A stretch of 24,000 bases of DNA from an uncultured Vicinamibacterales bacterium (lineage in GTDB: Bacteria; Acidobacteriota; Vicinamibacteria; Vicinamibacterales; JAKQTR01), in contig CAZBIP010000027.1 in NCBI GenBank assembly GCA_964491885.1, positions 1 to 24,000 on the forward strand, written 5' to 3'. Both the position numbers and the translations under genes were made by a program. The notes below the pieces were generated by a model. That model was not told where the DNA came from, searched no databases, and saw only the letters and a program-made list of their open reading frames with translations. Below, piece by piece: positions 14,683 through 23,046 of this stretch; within the stretch, counting starts at the first letter, position 1, and every line of letters starts with the position of its first letter.

Positions 14683-17006
14683 GATCCCTCCACGACACCG
14701 GACCGGCCGGCCCGCGCGACCGCGCTCGCCACGACGGCCTGGCCCACGGCGATCCCGCCGTCTCCGGGCGGGACGGCCGCGTGTCTCAGCACGCGCGTGC
14801 CCGGCCCGATGGCCCTCAGCACGCGGGCGGTGAGCAGCGCGTTCTGGAAGACCCCGCCCGTCAGCACGACGGGCAGGTCCCCGGCTTCCCGCTGCGCCAA
14901 CCGCACGGCCTCGGCCGTCGCGGCCGCCAGGGTGTTGTGGAACCTGGCCGACACGATCGACGGCGCCACGCCCGCGATCAACGCGCCCGCAATCCGGCGA
15001 ACCGCAGGCCTGAGATCGATGCGATTGAGCCCGGCTTCGGCCTCGATCCCGAAGTCGTACGCGCCATCTTCGTTCAGATCGGCCGCGAGGTTCCACTCGA
15101 GGGCGACCTGGCCCTCGTGGCGTGACTCCGGGCGGCCGAGTCCGAGCGCTCCGACGGCGTCGAAGTACCGGCCTACGCCGTGGGCCGGCACGGTGTTGAG
15201 GCGCCGCGCAATCATCTGCGAGACGACCGCCCGATCGCGCGGGGCGACGCGGCGGAACACCTCGAACCGATCGACGGGCGCATCGCCGTCGAACGCGTCC
15301 AGGAGCAGGGCGAGCGCCTGCCGCCACACCTGGCGGATCGCCAGGTCACCGCCCGCGAGGGCAATCGGCCGGAAAGTCGCCACGCGCCTGAACGACCGCG
15401 CGTTGGCCACGAGGAACTCGCCGCCCCACGCCGTGCCGTCGGTTCCGAGTCCCGTGCCGTCGAAGGCCACGCCGATCACCGGGCCTGCGACGCCGTGCTC
15501 GGCCATCGCGCTGCAGACGTGGGCGTGGTGGTGCTGGACGGCGATCTTGATCGGCTCGGGCCGCTCGCGCGCGTACCGCGTCGAGAGATACTCGGGATGC
15601 AGGTCGTGCGCGACGACCGCCGGCGTCACGCCCAGGAAGCGCTCCATCCGTCCGATGGCGTGCTCGTACGCCTCGTAGGTGTCGAGGTTCTCCAGGTCGC
15701 CGATGTGCGGGCCCGGCCAGGCCACGCCCCTGGCGGCCACGCAGAACGTGTTCTTGAGCAGCGCCCCGCACGCGAGCACCGGGTCGTCGAAGTGACCGGC
15801 GACGGGGATGCCGCGGGGCACGTAGCCGCGTGACCGCCTGAACACGACGGGCGACCCTTCGATGACGCGCGCCACGGAATCATCGCACCGTGTGTCGATC
15901 TCGCGGTCGTGCATGACGAGGAGGTCCGCGATGCTCCCGAGCCGATCGACGGCCTCGTCGTTCCGGTAGGCGAGGGGCTCTTCCGAGAGGTTGCCGGACG
16001 TCATCACGAGCGGCCGGCCCGCGGCCGCCGTGAGCAGGTGGTGCAGCGGCGTGTAGGGGAGCATGACGCCGACGAGCGAGTTGCCGGGCGCGATGTTCCT
16101 GGCGATCGGGGCCGACGCGCTTCGCGGGGCGAGGACGATGGGCCGCTCGACGGAGGCCAGCAGGGCGCGCGCGTCATCGTCCAGATTGGCGAGCGTCGCG
16201 GCGGCGTCGAGGTCAGCCGCCATGACGGCGAACGGCTTCTCGTCGCGCCGCTTGCGGGTTCGCAAGTCCGTCACCGCCTGATCGTTCGTGGCGTCGCACG
16301 CCAGGTGGAACCCGCCCAGGCCCTTGACGGCGACGATCCCGCCCCTCAGCAACGCTGAGGCCGCATCGGTGATGGGGTCTTCGGAGGCGACGTCGCGCCC
16401 GCGAGCGTCGGCGAGCCAGACGCGCGGGCCGCACGCCGGGCAGGCATTCGGCTGGGCGTGGAAGCGCCTGTTTCCCGGGTCGTCGTACTCAGCCTGGCAC
16501 GCCGCGCACATCCGGAACGGCGCCATCGTCGTGTTGCGCCGATCGTAGGGGACGTCGAACGCGATCGTGAAACGCGGCCCGCAGTTGGTGCAGTTGATGA
16601 AGGGGTAGCCGAACCGGCGGTCGCGCGGGTTGCGGAGCTCGGCCAGGCAGTCGGGGCACGTGGGCAGGTCCGGCGGGATCGAGACCGTCCGATCCGAGGC
16701 CGGCTCCGACCCGAGAATCTCGAAGACGCCGGGCCGCTGGCCTGGCTGAGCGGCGCGGACGTCGATCGCGGAGATGCGCGCGGCGGGCGGGGGGGAGATT
16801 CGAAGCGCGTCGAGGAAGGCGCCGATCGCGGGTCCGCGTCCGAACACCTCGAGGGTGACGCCGGCCGCGTCGTTCCGGACCCAGCCTCCGAGGCCGTGCT
16901 CGCGCGCCAGGCGGTAAATCCAGGGGCGGAACCCCACGCCCTGGACGATCCCGCGGACCTCGACTCGACGGCCCTCGACTGGGGCGGGAGCGGGTTGATC
17001 ACACAC
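14673..17006 (-). CDS. hypF: Carbamoyltransferase HypF
   Basis: Track ORF 14673..17006 (GTG start; in-frame TAA 9 nt upstream). Acylphosphatase-like VEVRGIVQGVGFRPWIYRLA. Two zinc-finger pairs CPDCLAEL...CTNCGPRFT and CAACQAEY...CPACGPR. YrdC-like GIVAVKGLGGFHLACDA. Kae1-like C-terminal half. Confidence 0.93.
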   Translation of the reverse strand: MCDQPAPAPVEGRRVEVRGIVQGVGFRPWIYRLAREHGLGGWVRNDAAGVTLEVFGRGPAIGAFLDALRISPPPAARISAIDVRAAQPGQRPGVFEILGSEPASDRTVSIPPDLPTCPDCLAELRNPRDRRFGYPFINCTNCGPRFTIAFDVPYDRRNTTMAPFRMCAACQAEYDDPGNRRFHAQPNACPACGPRVWLADARGRDVASEDPITDAASALLRGGIVAVKGLGGFHLACDATNDQAVTDLRTRKRRDEKPFAVMAADLDAAATLANLDDDARALLASVERPIVLAPRSASAPIARNIAPGNSLVGVMLPYTPLHHLLTAAAGRPLVMTSGNLSEEPLAYRNDEAVDRLGSIADLLVMHDREIDTRCDDSVARVIEGSPVVFRRSRGYVPRGIPVAGHFDDPVLACGALLKNTFCVAARGVAWPGPHIGDLENLDTYEAYEHAIGRMERFLGVTPAVVAHDLHPEYLSTRYARERPEPIKIAVQHHHAHVCSAMAEHGVAGPVIGVAFDGTGLGTDGTAWGGEFLVANARSFRRVATFRPIALAGGDLAIRQVWRQALALLLDAFDGDAPVDRFEVFRRVAPRDRAVVSQMIARRLNTVPAHGVGRYFDAVGALGLGRPESRHEGQVALEWNLAADLNEDGAYDFGIEAEAGLNRIDLRPAVRRIAGALIAGVAPSIVSARFHNTLAAATAEAVRLAQREAGDLPVVLTGGVFQNALLTARVLRAIGPGTRVLRHAAVPPGDGGIAVGQAVVASAVARAGRSGVVEGSCA

Positions 17007-17014
17007 CTTGCCCG

Positions 17015-17043
17015 TTTATAGCCGTTTGCCTGACGCGAGTCCA
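17015..17043 (-). promoter_or_regulatory. Candidate sigma-70-type promoter of the hyp operon (TGGACT-17 nt-TATAAA)
   Basis: Minus strand reads CTGGACTCGCGTCAGGCAAACGGCTATAAACGGGCAAGGTG. The -35-like TGGACT is at 17043..17038, then a 17-nt spacer, then the -10-like TATAAA at 17020..17015. Only 8 nt separate the -10 from the hypF GTG (17006), which implies a leaderless or near-leaderless transcript. Confidence 0.35.
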
Positions 17044-17152
17044 GCGCGCGGATCGGGCGGCGCCGCGAGGCGGGATGCCTCGTGCGTCGAATCGAGGCCG
17101 ACCTGCATCACGGGCGGCCAGGCCTGCGGACCGATGACGGCGCGCGTCCGCT

Positions 17153-18244
17153 ATGATTGGGGCCGTGCGAGCGTGGATGGCGGGTGCCCTCGGGGTCCTG
17201 GCGGCAGGCGCGGCGGCGCTGTGGCCGTGGCCGGCGGGCTGGGTGGAAGAGCATTACTCGCGGGGGCTCTATCCGGCCGTCCAGCAGCTCCTGACGCGCG
17301 CGTCGAACGCCGTGCCGTTCGCCCTCCTCGACGTGCTGATCATCATGGCTGTCGGGGCCTCCCTCTTCGGGCTCTTCGCGGCGCTGCACGCGCCCCAGGA
17401 CGGCCGGTGGAGGGCCTTGGGCCGGCTCGCCGCGCACGGCATCGTCGCCGGTTCAGCCCTCTACCTCGTCTTCCTGCTGGCGTGGGGCCTGAACTACCGC
17501 CGCGAGCCCATCGAGGCACGCCTCGAGTTCGACGAGAGCTTGGTCACGACCGAGTCCGTGGTGGCGCTGAACGACGCCGCCATCGGTGAACTCGCGCGGC
17601 TCAGGCCGCTGCTGCCGGAGGGCCACGACGGGTGGCCGAAGGCGGACGACGTCGCGCGCGTGTTGGCGGGACCGCTGGCCGAGGCGGCACGCCTCTTCGG
17701 CCTGCCTGGGCCTGTGACGCCCGGCCGTCCGAAGCGCACGATTCTGGACCCGTACTTCACGCGCGCGGGTGTGTCGGGCCTGACCGACCCGTTCTTCCTG
17801 GAGACGCTGCTGCCGTCGAACCTCCTCCCGTTCGAGCTGCCTTCCGTGATCGCGCACGAGTGGGGGCACCTCGCGGGATTCGCGGGAGAGTCGGAGGCGT
17901 CGCTCTTCGGCCTGGCCGTGTGCCTTCGCGGCGACAATGCCGCGCAGTACAGCGCGTGGCTCGACGTCTTCGTGCACACGCTGGGCGCACGGGACGGCGA
18001 GGGGAGGCGGGAAGCCCGCAGCCGCCTTCCGGCCGCCGTCAGGGCCGATCTCGAAGCGATGGCGGCGCGAAGCGCGCGCGACCAGGTCGGATCGATCCGG
18101 CGGGCCGCGTGGCGGGCCTACGATCGCTACCTGCGATCGCAGCGCGTGAGTTCGGGCGTGGCGAACTATGGGGAAGTCGTCCGGCTGATCGCGGGCACGC
18201 GGTTCGCGCCGGGCTGGACGCCGATGCTGCGCGCGCGGCGCTGA
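17153..18244 (+). CDS. DUF3810-like membrane protein with HEXXH zinc-metallopeptidase motif
   Basis: Track ORF 17153..18244. The N-terminal WVEEHYSRGLYPAVQQLLTRASNAVPFALLDVL and two hydrophobic segments fit what I recall of DUF3810. AHEWGHLAGFAGESEAS provides HEXXH plus a downstream Glu. The start is uncertain: ATG 17153, GTG 17165 or ATG 17177. Confidence 0.7.
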   Translation: MIGAVRAWMAGALGVLAAGAAALWPWPAGWVEEHYSRGLYPAVQQLLTRASNAVPFALLDVLIIMAVGASLFGLFAALHAPQDGRWRALGRLAAHGIVAGSALYLVFLLAWGLNYRREPIEARLEFDESLVTTESVVALNDAAIGELARLRPLLPEGHDGWPKADDVARVLAGPLAEAARLFGLPGPVTPGRPKRTILDPYFTRAGVSGLTDPFFLETLLPSNLLPFELPSVIAHEWGHLAGFAGESEASLFGLAVCLRGDNAAQYSAWLDVFVHTLGARDGEGRREARSRLPAAVRADLEAMAARSARDQVGSIRRAAWRAYDRYLRSQRVSSGVANYGEVVRLIAGTRFAPGWTPMLRARR

Positions 18245-18276
18245 CGGGCGCCAGGTCCGACGGTTGGCCCGTGGGG

Positions 18277-19305
18277 CTAGCCTCCCCGGCTGTGCATTTC
18301 CAGGTGAGGGTCGGCGCGGAGCGCGTCGACGGCCACATATGCCCCCCGATGCGGCAACTTCGCGCGTTCCTCGGCGCCGCGTTCCGATCGGGCGCGCCAG
18401 CGCGCTTCGACGATCGCTGCGATCTCGCCGTCTGACGCTCCCCGACGGAGGGCGGAGCGCAGCGAGAGGCCCTCGGTCGCGTACAGGCAGGTGTAGAAGA
18501 GGCCGTCAGCCGTGAGGCGCGCCCGGTCGCACTCTTGGCAGAAGGGCGTCGTGGTGGACGCGATGATGCCGAACGTGCGCCCGTCCGGCAGCGCGAATCG
18601 GCCGGCCGGCGCGCTCGATCCCGGGGCGGCGATCGCATCGGCCGCTCCGTAGCGCGCGCGGACGCGCTCGAGGATGTCCGCGCCGGGCAGAACGGCGTCC
18701 GCCGTCCAGCGGGTGGCGCCGGCGACGTCCATGTACTCGATGAACCGGACCTCGGCCCCGATGGCCCCGCCGAACTCGAGGAGCGCGCCGATCTCGTCGT
18801 CGTTGACGCCGCGCATGATGACGGCGTCGAGCTTCGTGCCCGGGAACAGCCGCGCCGCCGCGCGGATGCTCCGGATGACGCGCGCGTGGTCGTCCTGGCC
18901 CGTGAGCGAGTGGAACCGCGCGGGCGAGAGCGTGTCGAGGCTGACGTTCAGGCGCGTCAGCCCCGCAGCCCGCAAGGGTTCGGCGAGCGGCTCGAGCAGG
19001 AGTCCGTTCGTCGTGAGCGCCAGTTCGACGGACGGCTCGGCGGAGAGGCGCGCGACGAGGCGGGGGAGATCGTGCCGCAGGAGCGGCTCGCCGCCGGTCA
19101 AGCGGATCGTGCGGACGCCCAGGCCGGTGAACACCGAAGCCAGCCTGGCGATCTCGTCGAAGTCGAGCAGGTCGGCGCGCGGGAGCCACGCGTACTCCCG
19201 CTCCGGCATGCAGTACTGGCAGCGCAGGTTGCACCGGTCGGTGACGGAAAGCCTGAGGGTCCGCAGCGGGCGGCCCAGCGTGTCGACGAGCGGCATCGTG
19301 CCCAT
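18277..19305 (-). CDS. moaA: GTP 3',8-cyclase MoaA (radical SAM, molybdenum cofactor biosynthesis)
   Basis: This is the C-terminal 342 codons of track ORF 18277..20544: LRLSVTDRCNLRCQYCMP (CX3CX2C), IRLTGGEPLL, TTNG, NVSLDTL, C-terminal cluster FCQECDRARLTADG, terminal GG. ATG 19305 shares one base with the upstream gene's TAA (TAATG). Confidence 0.92.
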   Translation of the reverse strand: MGTMPLVDTLGRPLRTLRLSVTDRCNLRCQYCMPEREYAWLPRADLLDFDEIARLASVFTGLGVRTIRLTGGEPLLRHDLPRLVARLSAEPSVELALTTNGLLLEPLAEPLRAAGLTRLNVSLDTLSPARFHSLTGQDDHARVIRSIRAAARLFPGTKLDAVIMRGVNDDEIGALLEFGGAIGAEVRFIEYMDVAGATRWTADAVLPGADILERVRARYGAADAIAAPGSSAPAGRFALPDGRTFGIIASTTTPFCQECDRARLTADGLFYTCLYATEGLSLRSALRRGASDGEIAAIVEARWRARSERGAEERAKLPHRGAYVAVDALRADPHLEMHSRGG

Positions 19306-20351
19306 TATGCCGCGGCGGGGCGCCACCGGCCGGGGATGATCGCTCCGCAGTCGGGACAGCGCCCGTCCGGCGTGACGCGGCAGACGCCAATCCAGTAGGC
19401 GCGGCGCTCGACGAGCACCTGGCGGCAGGAGGGGCAGAACGTGTCCTCCAGGTCGCCCACCTCGCCGGCCGCGTTGCCCGCGTACACGAAACGAAGGCCG
19501 GCTCTCCTGGCGATGCCGGCGGCGCGCACCAGCATGTCCGGCGTCGTGGCGGCGCGGTCCGTCATGCGGTAGTCCGGGTGGAACGCCGTCACGTGCCAGG
19601 GGATGTCCGGCGACACGCCCGCCAGGAAGCCGGCGATGGCCGCGATCTCCTCGTCCGAGTTGTTGATGCCCGGCACGAGGAGCGTGACCACTTCGACCCA
19701 GACGCCCATGGCATGCAGGCGGCGGATGGTGTCGAGCACCGGGTCGAGGTGCCCCCCGTAGTTTCGGTACTGCAACTCGTCGAAGCCCTTGAGGTCCACC
19801 TTGTAGAGGTCGATCCAGGGCGCGAGGTACTCGAGCACGCGGGGCGTCGCGTGGCCGTTGGAGACGTAGCCCGTCAGGAGCCCCGCCGCGCGCGCCGCCT
19901 TGAAGATGGCCACCGCCCACTCGGTCGTGATGAGGGGCTCGTTGTAGGTGCTGACGACGGCGCGGGCACCCGAGCGCACGGCGGCGTGCACCAGCATCTC
20001 GGGGCTCGTGTCCGTCAGGCGGCCGCCCGCCGCCGGGTCGCGGAGCGTCTGCGACGTGACCCAGTTCTGGCAGCACGCGCACTTGAGGTCGCACCCGAGC
20101 ATGCCGAAGCTGAAGGCGCGGCAGCCGGGCTCGACGTGAAAGAACGGCTTTTTCTCGATGGGATCGCTCTGGGCGCCGGCGACGTAGCCCCACGGCACGC
20201 GCAGGGTCCCGCCGCGGTTGAACCGGACCCGGCAGGTGCCGGACGCGCCCTCGGCGATCTCGCACTCGTGGGCGCAGGCATGGCACTGCACCCAGGACCC
20301 GTCCGACGCGTCGTACAGGGCCCGATCGCCCTCGCGGGTGAGCGCGGCCAT
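19305..20351 (-). CDS. AmmeMemoRadiSam-system-type radical SAM enzyme (PflA-like activase homolog)
   Basis: Track ORF 19305..20444. N-terminal Cys cluster QCHACAHECEIAEGASGTC, then DPIEKKPFFHVEPG, radical SAM GCDLKCACCQNW, STYNEPLITTEW, VSNG, and C-terminal zinc ribbon CPSC...CPDCG. I prefer the start ATG 20351 (MAALTREG) because it leaves a 116-nt divergent intergenic region. That region carries TTGCAA-18 nt-TACAAC on the minus strand (20408..20379). The ATGATG at 20444 is the alternative. Confidence 0.8.
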   Translation of the reverse strand: MAALTREGDRALYDASDGSWVQCHACAHECEIAEGASGTCRVRFNRGGTLRVPWGYVAGAQSDPIEKKPFFHVEPGCRAFSFGMLGCDLKCACCQNWVTSQTLRDPAAGGRLTDTSPEMLVHAAVRSGARAVVSTYNEPLITTEWAVAIFKAARAAGLLTGYVSNGHATPRVLEYLAPWIDLYKVDLKGFDELQYRNYGGHLDPVLDTIRRLHAMGVWVEVVTLLVPGINNSDEEIAAIAGFLAGVSPDIPWHVTAFHPDYRMTDRAATTPDMLVRAAGIARRAGLRFVYAGNAAGEVGDLEDTFCPSCRQVLVERRAYWIGVCRVTPDGRCPDCGAIIPGRWRPAAA

Positions 20352-20467
20352 CCGCTCGCCGAGGCTTTTCACGCGACTGTTGTAGCGCCGCGGCGGCAAC
20401 AATTGCAACTGCCCCTTTTCCCGGCGGCCCGTTCGCGGCATCATGGCGCGTGCACCGGAGGCCCAGC

Positions 20468-21601
20468 GTGACCAAGCCCGTCCGTCTCACGTCCCTCGAC
20501 GCCTTCCGCGGCCTGACGATGGCCGCGATGGTCATCGTGAACAATCCCGGGGATTGGAGCCACGTCTACCCGCCGCTTCTGCACGCCGAGTGGAACGGCT
20601 GCACCCCGACGGATCTGATCTTCCCCTTCTTCCTCTTCATCGTCGGCGTGTCCATCACGCTGTCGCGAGGCACGATGGGGAACCCGTGGAAGATCGTGAA
20701 ACGGGCGGTCGTCATCTTCGGACTGGGATTGATCCTGGCGCTGTACCCGCGCTTCGACTTCGGCGTGGTGCGCATCCCGGGCGTTCTGCAACGCATTGCT
20801 CTGTGCTATCTGGCGGCGGCGTTCCTGTTCCGGTGGACCACGCCCGCGCACGGGTCGGACGACGCGAGGCGGTGGGCGCAGGGCCGGACGCTGATGCTGT
20901 GGGCGGCCGGGCTCACGCTGGCCTACTGGGCCGTGATGGTTCTGGTGCCCGTGCCGGGCGTCGCCGCGGGGCAGCACCTGACTCCTGGCAACGACCTCGG
21001 CGCCTACATCGACAGGATGATCTTCGGGAACCACCTGTACTCGCAGACGAAGACCTGGGATCCGGAGGGGCTCCTGAGCACGATCCCGTCCATCGCGACG
21101 ACGCTGCTTGGCGGCGTGGCCGGACTGTGGCTGGGGTCGAGGGCGGCCGGGACGCGGAAGGCGCTCCTGCTCCTCGGCGCGGGGCTCGCGGCGATGCTGG
21201 TCGGTCTCGTGTGGGGACTCGCGTTCCCCATCAACAAGAAGATCTGGACGAGTTCATACGTCTGGTTCACGGGCGGGGCTGCGTCGGTCCTGCTGGCCAT
21301 GTGCTACGCCTTCATCGACGTGCGCGGGTGGAAGGCCTGGAGCCGCCCGTTCGTGATCCTGGGGCTGAACGCCATCGCGCTCTACACGCTGTCGGGGCTG
21401 CTGAGCAAGTTCCTGTCGAGCCATCGCGTGGTCATGGCCGACGGGAACTCGCTGTCCTGGAGCCGCTTCCTCTACTCGACCTACTTCGTGCCGATGGCCG
21501 ATCCCGTCAACGCGTCGCTGCTCTGGGCCCTGGCGCACCTGGCCGTGCTGTTCGTCGTGCTCTGGGTGATGGACAAGCGCGGGATCTACCTCAAGGCGTA
21601 G
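20468..21601 (+). CDS. HGSNAT-like / DUF5009 (DUF1624) multi-pass membrane acyltransferase-family protein
   Basis: Track ORF 20450..21601. An internal GTG 20468 has GGAGG 6 nt upstream. RLTSLDAFRGLTMAAMVIVNNPGDWSHVYPPLLHAEWNGCTPTDLIFPFFLFIVGVS is the family-typical opening, and the protein is hydrophobic throughout. Track ORF 20443..21693 is an overlapping shadow frame. Confidence 0.75.
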   Translation: MTKPVRLTSLDAFRGLTMAAMVIVNNPGDWSHVYPPLLHAEWNGCTPTDLIFPFFLFIVGVSITLSRGTMGNPWKIVKRAVVIFGLGLILALYPRFDFGVVRIPGVLQRIALCYLAAAFLFRWTTPAHGSDDARRWAQGRTLMLWAAGLTLAYWAVMVLVPVPGVAAGQHLTPGNDLGAYIDRMIFGNHLYSQTKTWDPEGLLSTIPSIATTLLGGVAGLWLGSRAAGTRKALLLLGAGLAAMLVGLVWGLAFPINKKIWTSSYVWFTGGAASVLLAMCYAFIDVRGWKAWSRPFVILGLNAIALYTLSGLLSKFLSSHRVVMADGNSLSWSRFLYSTYFVPMADPVNASLLWALAHLAVLFVVLWVMDKRGIYLKA

Positions 21602-21604
21602 CGC

Positions 21605-22813
21605 ATGACGCGTCGAGCGGCGTCGCTGCTGGGGGAGCGGCCCAGGCTGCCGCGGCCGGTGTGGCTCGTCTCGTGGACGAGCTTCTTCACTGACGTCGCC
21701 TCCGAGGCGGTCTACCCGATCATGCCGCTCTACCTCACGAAGGTGCTGGGCGGCACCGCCATGGCGCTGGGCGTGATCGAGGGCGCAGCCGAGGCGCTGA
21801 ACAGCCTCCTGAAGATCGTCACCGGCCGGCTGTCGGACCGGCGGGGCGCGCGCAAGCCGTTCGTCCTCGTCGGCTACGGCGTGTCGACGCTCGCGCGCCC
21901 GCTCGTCGCCCTGGCGACGTCGTGGATGCACGTCCTGGCGGTGCGGCTGACGGACCGAGTGGGGAAGGGGATCCGGTCGGCCCCGCGCGACGCCCTGCTC
22001 GCCTCGTGGGCGACGCCCTCGACCCGAGGTTACGTGTTCGGCCTGCACCGCTCGATGGATCACGCGGGTGCGATCGTCGGGCCGCTGCTCGCCAGCCTGT
22101 TCCTCTGGTTCTACCCCGGCGAGTACCGGACGCTGTTCGCGCTCACGCTCGTCCCCGGCCTCATCGCCGTGGCCATGCTTCTTCCAGTCCCGGACGTCCG
22201 GTCGGATGCGCCGTCTGCCGAGGCCGGGACCGCAGCGGCGAGCGGCCGTGCGATGCCCCTCGGAGGGGCGTTCTACAGGTATCTCGGCGTGCTGGTGCTC
22301 TTCAGTCTGGGCAACTCGACCGACGCGTTCCTCCTGCTGCGCCTGAGCGACGTTGGCGTCGGGGCCGCGTGGATCCCGGTCACGTGGGCCGCCCTGCACG
22401 TCGTCAAGGCCGTCGTGTCGCCAATCGGGGGGCTGCTCTCGGATCGGCTGAACCGGAAGGCGATCATCGCCGCCGGGTGGATCGTCTACGCCGGCGTGTA
22501 CGCGGGGTTCGCGATGGCGTCCACCGCCGCCGCGCTCGTGCCGCTCTTCCTCGTCTACGGCCTCTACTACGGCCTGACCGAGGGTGTCGAGAAGGCGGTC
22601 GTCGCCGACCTGGCGCCCTCGGAGGCGAGAGGCGCCGCCTTCGGCGCGTATCACGCGGTCATCGGCGTCGGGGCCCTGTTGGCGAGCCTTATTTTTGGAC
22701 TGGTCTGGAAGGTCGCGGGCGCGCCCGTGGCGTTCGCCCTTGGCGCCGGACTCGCGCTGGTGTCGGCGGCGTGGCTCAGCCGTCTCGACCTGAGGCCCGC
22801 CGCCGAGCGCTAG
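21605..22813 (+). CDS. MFS transporter
   Basis: Track ORF 21605..22813. The ATG lies 3 nt after the upstream stop. About 12 hydrophobic segments are present. MFS loop motif GRLSDRRGARKP between the predicted TM2 and TM3, with a second-half counterpart GLLSDRLNRK. Confidence 0.85.
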   Translation: MTRRAASLLGERPRLPRPVWLVSWTSFFTDVASEAVYPIMPLYLTKVLGGTAMALGVIEGAAEALNSLLKIVTGRLSDRRGARKPFVLVGYGVSTLARPLVALATSWMHVLAVRLTDRVGKGIRSAPRDALLASWATPSTRGYVFGLHRSMDHAGAIVGPLLASLFLWFYPGEYRTLFALTLVPGLIAVAMLLPVPDVRSDAPSAEAGTAAASGRAMPLGGAFYRYLGVLVLFSLGNSTDAFLLLRLSDVGVGAAWIPVTWAALHVVKAVVSPIGGLLSDRLNRKAIIAAGWIVYAGVYAGFAMASTAAALVPLFLVYGLYYGLTEGVEKAVVADLAPSEARGAAFGAYHAVIGVGALLASLIFGLVWKVAGAPVAFALGAGLALVSAAWLSRLDLRPAAER

Positions 22814-23043
22814 TGTTTCGGCTGCTCCGCCAGCAACTCCTCGACTGACAGGCCGATGTCCTTGGCGATTTGACGAAGAAGGGTAGGCGAGATGTCGTGG
22901 TTCTGATGGAATGGGACTGTCGTCCCGCGACCGTCCGCGTGTCGATACTGGCGGTGGGATCCTCGCTGGCGGACTTCCGCGAAGCCAAGCCGGCCGAGGA
23001 GCGCCACCACCTCGCGAGGCTTCAGGACGGGCGGCTTGGCCAC
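22810..23043 (-). CDS. hicA: HicA-family toxin (mRNA interferase, type II TA)
   Basis: Track ORF 22810..23043 (GTG start). LKPREVVALLGRLGFAEVRQRGSHRQYRHADGRGTTVPFHQNHDISPTLLRQIAKDIGLS matches the YcfA/HicA pattern, including the GSH catalytic-His motif. Confidence 0.88.
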   Translation of the reverse strand: MAKPPVLKPREVVALLGRLGFAEVRQRGSHRQYRHADGRGTTVPFHQNHDISPTLLRQIAKDIGLSVEELLAEQPKH

Positions 23044-23046
23044 GGG

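Noticed and set aside
17104-17120. TGGCCGCCCGTGATGCA on the minus strand upstream of hypF as a sigma-54 promoter (hyp operons are often RpoN-dependent)
   Set aside because: The GG-to-GC spacing is one nucleotide too long and the -24 box is TGGCCG rather than TGGCAC. Sigma-54 promoters do not tolerate spacing changes.
20395-20413. GGCAACAATTGCAACTGCC AT-rich island in the divergent region between the radical SAM gene and the HGSNAT-like gene, as a sigma-54 site or palindromic operator
   Set aside because: The GG-to-GC spacing is 2 nt too short for sigma-54. Only the central CAATTG is palindromic. It more likely contributes the TTGCAA -35-like hexamer of a conventional minus-strand promoter.
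19306-20544. N-terminal 413 codons of the 755-aa ORF 18277..20544, which would fuse an extension to MoaA
   Set aside because: The extension is an out-of-frame shadow of the radical SAM gene (R/P/G-rich). MoaA homology begins at the ATG at 19305.
20443-21693. 416-aa plus ORF overlapping the HGSNAT-like gene
   Set aside because: It is a charged R/G/D-rich shadow frame. The neighbouring frame encodes a coherent polytopic membrane protein with family motifs.
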